A stretch of 36,958 nucleotides of DNA from positions 1 to 36,958 of the IMG/VR virus record IMGVR_UViG_3300034894_000019. The stretch is one strand, 5' to 3'. Made by a program: the position numbers and the translations under genes. The DNA comes from a virus (lineage: Duplodnaviria; Caudoviricetes). Every line of letters starts with the position of its first letter. The first letter of the stretch is position 1. The notes beneath the pieces were generated by a model that did not search any database, was not told where the DNA came from, and worked only from the letters and a program-made list of their open reading frames with translations. Shown one piece after another: positions 23,323-31,763 of the stretch.

Positions 23323-24761
23323 TTGTAAGGGACTTGAAAGAGGTCATCTGGTTTACAATAGCCTACGGGCTTTTCGCCTTGCAGCAAGCGATATACTATG
23401 CCATGGTTGAGAGATGGATCAGGTATGCTACATTGTGCTGCGGCCGACGATCGGGAAAAACCGTTGTGATTGCCAGAATAGCGGCAGCCGTCGCCATGCT
23501 GCACCCGAAGGAAGGCATAAGCCCCTCATTGGTGGCAATATGCTATCCTACTCTCGACCGCGCCATTCTCATCGCCTGGCCCTTCCTGTTGCAATTGGCT
23601 TATCAGTATGACTGGCGCGTCGATGTCACCCGACATCACATCATCCTGCCTGACGGCGCCGAGATATGGCTCATTGGTCTCGACTCAACTGACGATACCA
23701 ACAAGTTGCGCGGTAACCCATACTGGTTGATAATTATCGATGAGTGCCAAAACCTCAAACCTGACTTCAGACAGCTCATGGACTACGTGATTAATCCGGC
23801 ATTGGAAGATCACAATGGATCGTTGCTTCTCGCCGGAACGTGCGATCCCCTGTGCCATGGATTTTGGTACGATGCGTGCCACGATGATACCTGGTCTCAT
23901 TTCAACTGGTCTATGTTCGAAAATCCTCTGCTGCCGGCATGGGCCGGAAAAACTAACTGGAAGGAACTTGCCGAACAAGCCCGCAAACGTATACTCGAAT
24001 TCAATCATTGGACTGAGGACGACCCGGTGTACCGAAATGAATATCTCGGACTGTGGACAAAGGACGAGAGTAAATTGGTCTACAACCGATATAACCCGGC
24101 GGTGAACGACTATGACAAATTACCTGAAGGACAAGATTGGAGATATACCCTCTCGCTCGATTTCGGTTTCGTGGATTCCTTCGCCATCAATTGTCTGGGA
24201 TTTAGTTACACAATCAAGCCGGTCTACGAACTTGACACCGAGGGATATAAAGGGACAACCCTCATGGAGTGGGCAGCTATCATCAATCGGTATCGTACGA
24301 AATATAAACGTATCGTGAGTATGGTTGGTGATGAAGGGGGTCTTGGCAAGGCCATCGTAGTCGAACTCAACAAGCGATACGGATTCAATATCAAGCCAGC
24401 CGAGAAGACCAGCAAGTGGACTTTCATTCAGTTAGTCAATTCTCTTTTCAGCCAACAGTTACTCTATATTCGTCGAGAATCTCCATTGAAAGATCAACTT
24501 CTGACACTCATGAAAGCGAGGGGAAAGGAAGGCAAGGAAGATCCCAAACTGCCAAACGACCTATGCGATTCTCTGCTTTACAATACAAGAGAATCAAGGC
24601 ATTGGTTGGCTAGATATCCGGTAATTCCACCTGAGCCGGGCAGTCCTGAATATTTCGAGGCTGAAAGAAACAAGATGTTTGAAATTGTCAAAAAGAAGCG
24701 TCAATTGAAAAATAGAGAAAATGATTTCGGAAGGGAATGGAGTTCTGGTTATGGCTCGTAA
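23319..24761 (+). CDS. terL: Terminase large subunit
   Basis: Walker A GRRSGKT, KLRG, Walker B LIIIDECQ, nuclease LDFGFVD and DLCDSLLY. TTG start coupled to the upstream stop. Confidence 0.93.
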   Translation: MIVRDLKEVIWFTIAYGLFALQQAIYYAMVERWIRYATLCCGRRSGKTVVIARIAAAVAMLHPKEGISPSLVAICYPTLDRAILIAWPFLLQLAYQYDWRVDVTRHHIILPDGAEIWLIGLDSTDDTNKLRGNPYWLIIIDECQNLKPDFRQLMDYVINPALEDHNGSLLLAGTCDPLCHGFWYDACHDDTWSHFNWSMFENPLLPAWAGKTNWKELAEQARKRILEFNHWTEDDPVYRNEYLGLWTKDESKLVYNRYNPAVNDYDKLPEGQDWRYTLSLDFGFVDSFAINCLGFSYTIKPVYELDTEGYKGTTLMEWAAIINRYRTKYKRIVSMVGDEGGLGKAIVVELNKRYGFNIKPAEKTSKWTFIQLVNSLFSQQLLYIRRESPLKDQLLTLMKARGKEGKEDPKLPNDLCDSLLYNTRESRHWLARYPVIPPEPGSPEYFEAERNKMFEIVKKKRQLKNRENDFGREWSSGYGS

Positions 24762-26667
24762 GAAGAAAAGCAACTTGGAAGAGTCGGTATCACAAGGTAT
24801 CTCCAATCGATGGTGGTTGTCAGATATCGGGTCAATGGGACAATCTATCGCCAATTCGTTCTCTGATATAGATCGAGAACAGGAGTCCAGACGTATTAAT
24901 TGGGCTAAGTTCATTTCCTGTTACGAGAATATTTCCTATGGGGATCTGCTTGATTATTCCTACAGGACACCATCTTTGATACGTCAGGAAACTTCCTACG
25001 ACAATGTGGTTGGCGGGATAGTTGATGCTGTTGTGAGCAAGATTGGAGCCACCAAACCTCGGCCGGTGTGCGTATCTATCGACGGCGATCTCGAACTAAT
25101 CAACAGAACCGCTCAACAAACAAGGGCGCTTGAGGGAATCTTTGACGCTTGTGAATACTACGCCTTCAAGCGGCGCCAGCTCAAATCAAGTTGTATATTC
25201 GATAATGGCTATCTCTTTTGGTATCCCGATCCAATTAGAAATGCCGTGCTCTGTGAGCCCGCTTGGATCGATGACATAAAGGTCGCTTATTCCGATGGTA
25301 GGTATGGCAAACCACGGAACATGATTCGTCATCGCATTGTTAGTCGTGGAGATGCTATCGCATCCGCCGAAATCAGAAAATGGAATGTCGATGTAATACG
25401 GCGTGCTGGATGCGTGAGGGATAACAAATCCGCCGACACCGCCGTGTCTATTGTCATTGATGATCCAATCTCTATTTATGAGGCATGGCATCTGCCGTCT
25501 AATCCAGAGGCCAAGAACGGCATACATGCGCTATCTTGCGATAGCGGATTGCTCACTGAAGAACCGGAGGAATGGGAACTTGATACCTTCCCTTGCTCAG
25601 TTCTTAGATGGTCAAATCGAGAGCTGGGATTTTACGGACAGAGTTTGGTAGAACAGACAATAGGACCGCAGAAAACATACGATCAGCTCAATGGAAAGAT
25701 ATTTGAAATCATCGGCGGTATGACTGTACGAGGATTCATTGAAGAAAACACAGAAGTCAATTTTGAGACCCTGACTAACCGCGGCATTACCCTATGCAAG
25801 TATAGAGGAGGCCCGCCTCCTGCTTTCATGCCGGACCCGGGGCTTGATATGTCTGTCCTGCAAGAACGAGATCGATATCGTCGCGCGTGCTATGACCGTG
25901 GTGGTATCAATGAGCTGGCAGTTACATCTCGTAAGCCGGCAGGATTGTCTTCAGGTGAGGCTTTGCGGGAAGTAAAAGACCAAGTTACTGAACGATTTCT
26001 CGAAGTGAATCAGAGTTATGAAGAGTCAGTAAAGCAAGATGCTAGGCTGGCCATCTGGTGCGCGGGAAAACTTCCCGGGTTCTACGCAAACTATAAAGAC
26101 GAGCGTGGAAGAACGCTTAAGAGAATTGCCTGGAGTGACGTTATTGTACCGGAGTCAAAGTACATCATACAGATACGGGTTAGTTCATATCTGCCGACAG
26201 AAATCAACGCTCGAATGGAAAGAATTTCTGAACTCAAAAGGGAGTGGCCGCAAGCCGCACCTTTCCTTTCCAAGTTTGTTCAAGACCCGGACATCGACGC
26301 AGCTCTTGGTTTCATCAACGCACCAATCGATATCATCATGAAGGACATGGAGCTCTTACAGACTGGAGAAGAGGTTGTCCCATCAATCGTGATAAACTTC
26401 GATGCCGCCAAAACCCAGGCAGTCGCCTTAATCAGCCGTTTGATTTCGGAAGGATTGGTGGATGAAACTGTAAAGAACAACATTCTGAACTACATCATGG
26501 CCATTGATTCTCTAAAGGCTCAGGTTGAAGCGGCGCAACAGTTGAAAATTCAGGAGGCCATGGCCACGCAACAGGCCCAGCAAGGCATGGTGCCTCAACC
26601 GCCAGGTCCGCCAATCGCAATGCCGCCCGGCCCTGTTAACAACATAATACCAATGACGGGACAATAA
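24751..26667 (+). CDS. Portal protein
   Basis: About 638 aa directly after TerL; NVVGGIVD...KPRP, GFYGQSLVEQ and SSGEALR motifs; Gln/Pro-rich tail. Start moved to ATG 24751 (SD GGAG). Confidence 0.85.
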   Translation: MARKKKSNLEESVSQGISNRWWLSDIGSMGQSIANSFSDIDREQESRRINWAKFISCYENISYGDLLDYSYRTPSLIRQETSYDNVVGGIVDAVVSKIGATKPRPVCVSIDGDLELINRTAQQTRALEGIFDACEYYAFKRRQLKSSCIFDNGYLFWYPDPIRNAVLCEPAWIDDIKVAYSDGRYGKPRNMIRHRIVSRGDAIASAEIRKWNVDVIRRAGCVRDNKSADTAVSIVIDDPISIYEAWHLPSNPEAKNGIHALSCDSGLLTEEPEEWELDTFPCSVLRWSNRELGFYGQSLVEQTIGPQKTYDQLNGKIFEIIGGMTVRGFIEENTEVNFETLTNRGITLCKYRGGPPPAFMPDPGLDMSVLQERDRYRRACYDRGGINELAVTSRKPAGLSSGEALREVKDQVTERFLEVNQSYEESVKQDARLAIWCAGKLPGFYANYKDERGRTLKRIAWSDVIVPESKYIIQIRVSSYLPTEINARMERISELKREWPQAAPFLSKFVQDPDIDAALGFINAPIDIIMKDMELLQTGEEVVPSIVINFDAAKTQAVALISRLISEGLVDETVKNNILNYIMAIDSLKAQVEAAQQLKIQEAMATQQAQQGMVPQPPGPPIAMPPGPVNNIIPMTGQ

Positions 26668-26689
26668 TCATGGAAGGGAGAAAGTAATT

Positions 26690-27790
26690 ATGGACGTACA
26701 GAAAAAACCAGAAGTGAAACCACCTGTACAACCGGCAACACCACCGGCCCAGAAGCAAACGTCACAGCAACAACCACCAGCGATGGCACCGACGGTACAG
26801 TTGAGCGAAAAGCAAGTAAGCGAATTCCTAGCGGCCCGCTCTCAATGGGAAGAAGAAAAAACGGGTATGAGAAACATCATCGCCCAATTGGAGAATAGAG
26901 TAATCCAGGCGGAACAAAAGGCCAAGCAGCACGCCGATATCGTAGGCGCTCTCGAATCTGATCCTGAGAAATTTGTCACTGAACAGATCATGAAGCGCAA
27001 TGTGCAACTCGAAGGGGTCGCCAAACGTATCGGAAACGACCCGATGTCATCGGTGCTCGATGAGCTCAAGCAACTGCGGGTAAAAGTCGAAAGCATGGAG
27101 AGGGGAGTAACCGAGAGAGTGTCAACTGTTGACGAGTCGACCAAGAGGTTTCAATACGCGATACAACTTGGAAATATTCTATCTCAGGATCGCTTTGATC
27201 CATTTCGCAAGGCGAGTAAAATAGTTGCTGTCGGATCAGCGAGTGAGCCTACCGTGGAGGAACTAACCGATCTGTTATTCAATGATGTCAAACGATTAAA
27301 TATTCAAATGGTTCCACCTGAAATGTACGCTGAAAATTTGTTGAAGCAGTCAGAGGTCATCAATAAAAAGCATGAGGATTATCTTCAACAGTTAGGTATA
27401 ACCATTCCGTCAACACCGCCGCCTGGCGCAGCTCAACCGGCATCAGATAAGACACAAGCACAAGTGCAGCCGGGTATCCCGCCACTTACCAACAACGACG
27501 AGACCGCCATGCTTTCGATTGAAGATCTGAGCAAGATGCCTGAAGAGGACCGTATTAAATATGTTGGTGCATACTATGCCAAAAAATATAATGTCGCAAA
27601 AGAAGATATCGATAAAGACAATGCCCTTGAAGTGGCAAGGAAGTTTGCCGAGAATAGACGTGCTACCGATAAAGTCGAGATAGCGGCATTCGGGAAACCA
27701 CCAGAGCCAGTGGTGCAACCTGGTGTCTTGCCTGCCGCGGCGCCGAATGCCGACCAGTTAAAAATCGAGAAAGTGCCCTTGGCGTTATGA
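26690..27790 (+). CDS. Capsid scaffolding protein
   Basis: Pro/Gln-rich ends and coiled-coil core; lies between portal and capsid. Confidence 0.7.
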   Translation: MDVQKKPEVKPPVQPATPPAQKQTSQQQPPAMAPTVQLSEKQVSEFLAARSQWEEEKTGMRNIIAQLENRVIQAEQKAKQHADIVGALESDPEKFVTEQIMKRNVQLEGVAKRIGNDPMSSVLDELKQLRVKVESMERGVTERVSTVDESTKRFQYAIQLGNILSQDRFDPFRKASKIVAVGSASEPTVEELTDLLFNDVKRLNIQMVPPEMYAENLLKQSEVINKKHEDYLQQLGITIPSTPPPGAAQPASDKTQAQVQPGIPPLTNNDETAMLSIEDLSKMPEEDRIKYVGAYYAKKYNVAKEDIDKDNALEVARKFAENRRATDKVEIAAFGKPPEPVVQPGVLPAAAPNADQLKIEKVPLAL

Positions 27791-27807
27791 TGATTAAAAA
27801 TACTTTA

Positions 27808-27837
27808 TTGACATTTTGAATTGTTCTTTGCTATGGT
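27808..27837 (+). promoter_or_regulatory. Sigma70-type promoter upstream of the major capsid gene
   Basis: TTGACA-18 nt-TATGGT with extended -10 TGn. Confidence 0.6.
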
Positions 27838-27849
27838 GTCTGCAATATA

Positions 27850-27981
27850 GCGCACAGATGCGCCTTAAGTCTCGCCTCACAGTGAGGCCATAGGGATAGC
27901 TCAGTAGCTATCTAGTCCTTTCGCCCAGTGGCGACCGAAAACGAAGCATTGTTTTTTGTCAACCACAAACGCGAAAGGATT
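27850..27981 (+). promoter_or_regulatory. Structured capsid 5' leader: four CAG(A/T)-loop hairpins and an anti-SD helix
   Basis: Hairpins at 27850-63, 27874-88, 27895-912 and 27921-34. TCCTTTCGC (27916-24) is complementary to GCGAAAGGA (27971-79). Confidence 0.7.
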
Positions 27982-27986
27982 CATTC

Positions 27987-29246
27987 ATGGCCCTCACATA
28001 CGCAACCACTCTCGAAATGCTGAAACAGATGTACCCACCGGGAACCATCCCGCTCATTGGGTACAACAAAACGCCAATCCAGGCACTCATGAGGAAGGAT
28101 ACTAGCGGCGGCGGTAACGGCATCAAAGTTCCGATGTCTATTGCTGGTGGTCAAACGTCGACCGCTAGTTTCACAACCACTCAAACAAACGCCGCCGCCT
28201 ACCATTCACAGGACAAGGCATTCACGGTCATTACCTGCGATAAGTTCGCCAATGCGCGAATTGACCACAAGGTCATCAAGGCAACGCGAAACGATCTCGC
28301 CGCTTTTGCAAGAGCCTTATCCAAGGAAACACAGGTAGCTATCAAGGATTTCAGAAAGAGCAGAGAGCGCCAAATTCTTAGAGACGGAAACGGATGTTTG
28401 TGCGTTTCTTCTACTTATTCGACAGTATCGATCACGTTGCCCGATCCGTCATTCGCCCATCTGTTCGAGATCGATATGAACATAGTGTTTGCGTCGAGTC
28501 CCACGGCTGCGCTCCGCAGCGCAACCCCATCGGTGATTACCGGCGTCAACACCACTACCGGCGTCCTGACCTTTGCGGCCGATGTCAACACGACTTCCGG
28601 TTATGTCAACGGTGATTATCTGTTCGTCAGTGGCGATGTACCGACAGCCGGAACTGCGGCAGGTGGAAAGCTTTGCATCCATGGGCTTGCCGCTTGGAAT
28701 CCCTACACCGATCCATCCGGTTCCGAATCATACTTTGGCGTGGATCGTTCCGTCTTTCGTAGTCGCTTGGCCGGCACTGCTATCAATTGCTCATCTGACA
28801 ACATCGTGGACGCCCTCATCAAGCTGCAAAGCGAGACTGCTTGCAGCGGTGGAACCCCGACTTTCTGCGTCCTTGCCCCATTCCAAATGCGCCGATTGAT
28901 CTCAACCCTTGGCGATAAATGCTTTTATGACCAGATGATGGGGAGAGGCCCAGATGACAAGTTGATCGCCAACATCGGATTTTCCACGGTCAAGGTGCAG
29001 GGCGACCAGGCTCCGATCCAGTGCATCAGTTCACCATTCGCCGAATACAATTACGCACGCATGGTCGATCCAGAAGTTTGGGTCGATTGGTCAATGGGCG
29101 ATGTCCCAGAACTGACAAACGCGGGTGGAGATTCCGGGACAGACGTGTATAACGCCAATCAGATCGAATACCGTTACGCGGCCTATACTCAACCGTATAG
29201 CACCGACCAAAGCGCGAACGGCGTTTCTCTGTTGAGCGTGGCATAA
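27987..29246 (+). CDS. Major capsid protein
   Basis: 419 aa after the scaffold; own promoter and downstream terminator; LKQMYP...ILRDGNG...GLAAW...YFGVDRS pattern typical of podoviral capsids. Confidence 0.85.
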   Translation: MALTYATTLEMLKQMYPPGTIPLIGYNKTPIQALMRKDTSGGGNGIKVPMSIAGGQTSTASFTTTQTNAAAYHSQDKAFTVITCDKFANARIDHKVIKATRNDLAAFARALSKETQVAIKDFRKSRERQILRDGNGCLCVSSTYSTVSITLPDPSFAHLFEIDMNIVFASSPTAALRSATPSVITGVNTTTGVLTFAADVNTTSGYVNGDYLFVSGDVPTAGTAAGGKLCIHGLAAWNPYTDPSGSESYFGVDRSVFRSRLAGTAINCSSDNIVDALIKLQSETACSGGTPTFCVLAPFQMRRLISTLGDKCFYDQMMGRGPDDKLIANIGFSTVKVQGDQAPIQCISSPFAEYNYARMVDPEVWVDWSMGDVPELTNAGGDSGTDVYNANQIEYRYAAYTQPYSTDQSANGVSLLSVA

Positions 29247-29274
29247 GAACTGTTGAAGTGTCTTTGATAACCGG

Positions 29275-29305
29275 GGCGAGTGATAGGGAATGGCACTCGC
29301 CTTTT
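29275..29305 (+). terminator. Intrinsic terminator after the capsid gene (probably leaky)
   Basis: GGCGAGTG/CACTCGCC stem with 11-nt loop, then TTTT. Confidence 0.6.
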
Positions 29306-29333
29306 CATTCATCGTTCCCCATAGGGGTATTCA

Positions 29334-29714
29334 ATGTACCATCAAACCGAAAACATGGGAGTTGTCGGTTTTCGTCGGGTTGTGCTTGAAGGTCGGTTTT
29401 TCCCTAATGCCGGAAGTGCTGTATCCAATGCAAGCAACAAAGGCAAGGGCTGGACGGTAGTTCGAACGAGCCAAGGGCTCTTTACCCTCACCCTCAATTA
29501 TTACTATCCGCAGATCGATTCCGTGGTTTGCACCTTGCAGCTCGCCAGCGCGGCCGCTCGCTGGGTCCAGGTCGGTACCATCACGACTGCGAGCAAGACG
29601 ATTGAAATCAGGGTTGTCGACGCCGCAGGCGCAGTGCAGGATGTGGGGGCCGACGCCAACAACAGTATTGGGTTCGAGATCTGCACCCGCTGTTCATCCG
29701 CTGAATTGCAGTAA
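29334..29714 (+). CDS. Putative capsid decoration/cement protein
   Basis: Small beta-rich protein right after the MCP; paralogous to the next gene. Confidence 0.55.
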   Translation: MYHQTENMGVVGFRRVVLEGRFFPNAGSAVSNASNKGKGWTVVRTSQGLFTLTLNYYYPQIDSVVCTLQLASAAARWVQVGTITTASKTIEIRVVDAAGAVQDVGADANNSIGFEICTRCSSAELQ

Positions 29715-29725
29715 GGTGGTGAACC

Positions 29726-30769
29726 ATGGCAACCGTTTTCAAAGTACCAAGTGGAGTCGATCCGAATACCAACCCGCTCAGAGTATATCTGAGCCAAGCC
29801 TTTACCGTTGCAGGTTCCTTCGGCATGGGGGTAACGGCTGTCGCTGCCACTAAGGCGGCAGTTGGAAATTGGGATCCCGTTGAGACAGCGGTTATCGCCG
29901 GGGTCGCGGGCAATTCCTTGACCTTCGCCCTGACAGCAGGTGGAGGTCCGGCGTGTCGAGGAACGTTTGCGATGGCGCACTATGACAGCACATTGCAAAC
30001 TCGGACTTGCGCGACTGGATGGACTGTTTATATCCTGCCCGGAAGTGCAACAGGCGATGGCGTACAGTCTTTTGAAAATGCTACACTTAAGACACTCACG
30101 ATCATCTATGAAGCTGGGGTATCGACGCGCGCGCATGTCGATCAGATCATCAACGCAACAAACTATATTTACGTTGCGGTTGCCGGCGCGGCGACAGCGA
30201 CTATTGCTGCCAGCGAGGGTACAAGTGTCGCTCTCAGTGACACACCAGCCGCCTGCGCTGGCTATACGGCATCCACCACTGCTGCTGTGGTGTACTTCAC
30301 CAATGCCTTAACTACTATCACATTGGCTAAGGCTGCGGCTGCGGCACATCCAAATCTTACAGCAGCCATGACTCTTGTTGGTGGTACCGGCGCTACTGTT
30401 CTGGTTACGGGCGATGCTTTCGTGGCCGGCGCGCTTTCCGGCGGTGTTGATGCTGTCGCTATCAGCAACATTCGAGGAAAGGGCTTTACCGTCGCCAAAA
30501 CAGGAGTTGGTGTCTACACCGTAACTATGGAACGATGGTGCTACCGATTGCTTGGGCCAAAGGCAAGTATTCAGCTTGCGGTCGCCGATGACAAGCATGT
30601 TCAGATCGGAACTCTTACTCAACCGGTAGCATCAACCAAGGCGCCTGGCTATTTTACTATCGGCATTTGGGATGTGAGCGGCGCGGCCGCGGCCGAGGTT
30701 GCGGTTAACAATAACAACCGGATCAACTTCTCTGTGGTTTGCGAGGATTCCCAATATTCCGAATGCTAA
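29726..30769 (+). CDS. Putative decoration/head-fibre protein with inserted domain
   Basis: C-terminal ~100 aa align by eye with 29334..29714; Ala/Thr/Gly-rich insert. Confidence 0.55.
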   Translation: MATVFKVPSGVDPNTNPLRVYLSQAFTVAGSFGMGVTAVAATKAAVGNWDPVETAVIAGVAGNSLTFALTAGGGPACRGTFAMAHYDSTLQTRTCATGWTVYILPGSATGDGVQSFENATLKTLTIIYEAGVSTRAHVDQIINATNYIYVAVAGAATATIAASEGTSVALSDTPAACAGYTASTTAAVVYFTNALTTITLAKAAAAAHPNLTAAMTLVGGTGATVLVTGDAFVAGALSGGVDAVAISNIRGKGFTVAKTGVGVYTVTMERWCYRLLGPKASIQLAVADDKHVQIGTLTQPVASTKAPGYFTIGIWDVSGAAAAEVAVNNNNRINFSVVCEDSQYSEC

Positions 30770-30780
30770 GGCGGTGACCG

Positions 30781-31440
30781 ATGGCTGTTTTAGCTTCCGA
30801 CATTATCTATCGAGCCAAGGATGTGGCTGAAGTACCACAATCATCTACCTGGGTGGATTCAACTGGAGTCCTAGCCATTACCAACATGGGCTATCGTGAA
30901 CTCTACGATACCATTATATCGGTAAACCAGGATCATTTCACTAAGAAGGCATCGTCACTGCCGACTGTCGCGGGGGCATCGACAGTGGCGTTGCCTTCTG
31001 ATTTTTTGCGAATGCGTTATATTTATGTGGTTGATGGCGGCATACGATATCCCTTAAGCCTTCTTGAATTCAATCAACGTGAGAATTTACAAACCAATAA
31101 TACTGATAGACCTGAAAAGTATCGTCTTTTGGGTTCTCTTTTGTTGCTCGATCCCACGCCAAATGCAGTTTATCAACTTGAATTCTGGTATGTGCCGAAT
31201 CTGACGCTATTCGCCACAACCGCAAGCGCCATGGATGCTTCAATTCCAGAGGGATGGGAGAATTACATCGTCATGCACGACGCGGTATATTTTGCGAACA
31301 GAATGGAAAAAGATCCGAGTTATTTTCTACAGGAGAAGATCAATATAGGACAACGTATCAAGGCCATGGCTTCGCATCGAGATCAGGCTCATCCGCGTAC
31401 CGTCATCGACGTAAGAAATTGGATGGGAGGCGGGGCATAA
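30781..31440 (+). CDS. Head-tail adaptor (gp4/tail tubular A-like)
   Basis: VALPSDFLRMR...PEKYRL...LDPTP...YQLEFWY pattern and position. Confidence 0.75.
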   Translation: MAVLASDIIYRAKDVAEVPQSSTWVDSTGVLAITNMGYRELYDTIISVNQDHFTKKASSLPTVAGASTVALPSDFLRMRYIYVVDGGIRYPLSLLEFNQRENLQTNNTDRPEKYRLLGSLLLLDPTPNAVYQLEFWYVPNLTLFATTASAMDASIPEGWENYIVMHDAVYFANRMEKDPSYFLQEKINIGQRIKAMASHRDQAHPRTVIDVRNWMGGGA

Positions 31441-31442
31441 CA

Positions 31443-31763
31443 ATGCAGATCAGAACGCTAGAACAACATCAGTATCGAGATAATGATCTCAACTCTTTCC
31501 AAGCTGCCGTAAGCCGATGGTCTGAACTGATTCGGGCGTGTCATCTCATAGACGGCAGGTTGATTAAAAACATCGATATTAATATTGTTTTCGGCTCTGT
31601 CTATATATCCGGTGCGATCTATCACAAACTTGGTAAAATACCAGAGGGTTGGATTCTATGTGGGAATAATTCTTCTTCTACAATCTGGAGTAATTCAATA
31701 ACTAAAGATTCGATTGTCATGGCCTCTACATCCGTGACGGTTGTTTCTATTTTGGTGTTTTGA
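31443..31763 (+). CDS. Small virion/tail protein
   Basis: ATG 31443; IYHKLGKIPEGW motif; TGATG coupling to the next gene. Confidence 0.65.
   Translation: MQIRTLEQHQYRDNDLNSFQAAVSRWSELIRACHLIDGRLIKNIDINIVFGSVYISGAIYHKLGKIPEGWILCGNNSSSTIWSNSITKDSIVMASTSVTVVSILVF

Noticed and set aside
27874-27934. Iron-responsive elements (CAGUGN loops)
   Set aside because: Two hairpins contain CAGTG, but their stems close 3-5 nt loops rather than a CAGUGN hexaloop with a bulged C, and the other two hairpins lack the motif.
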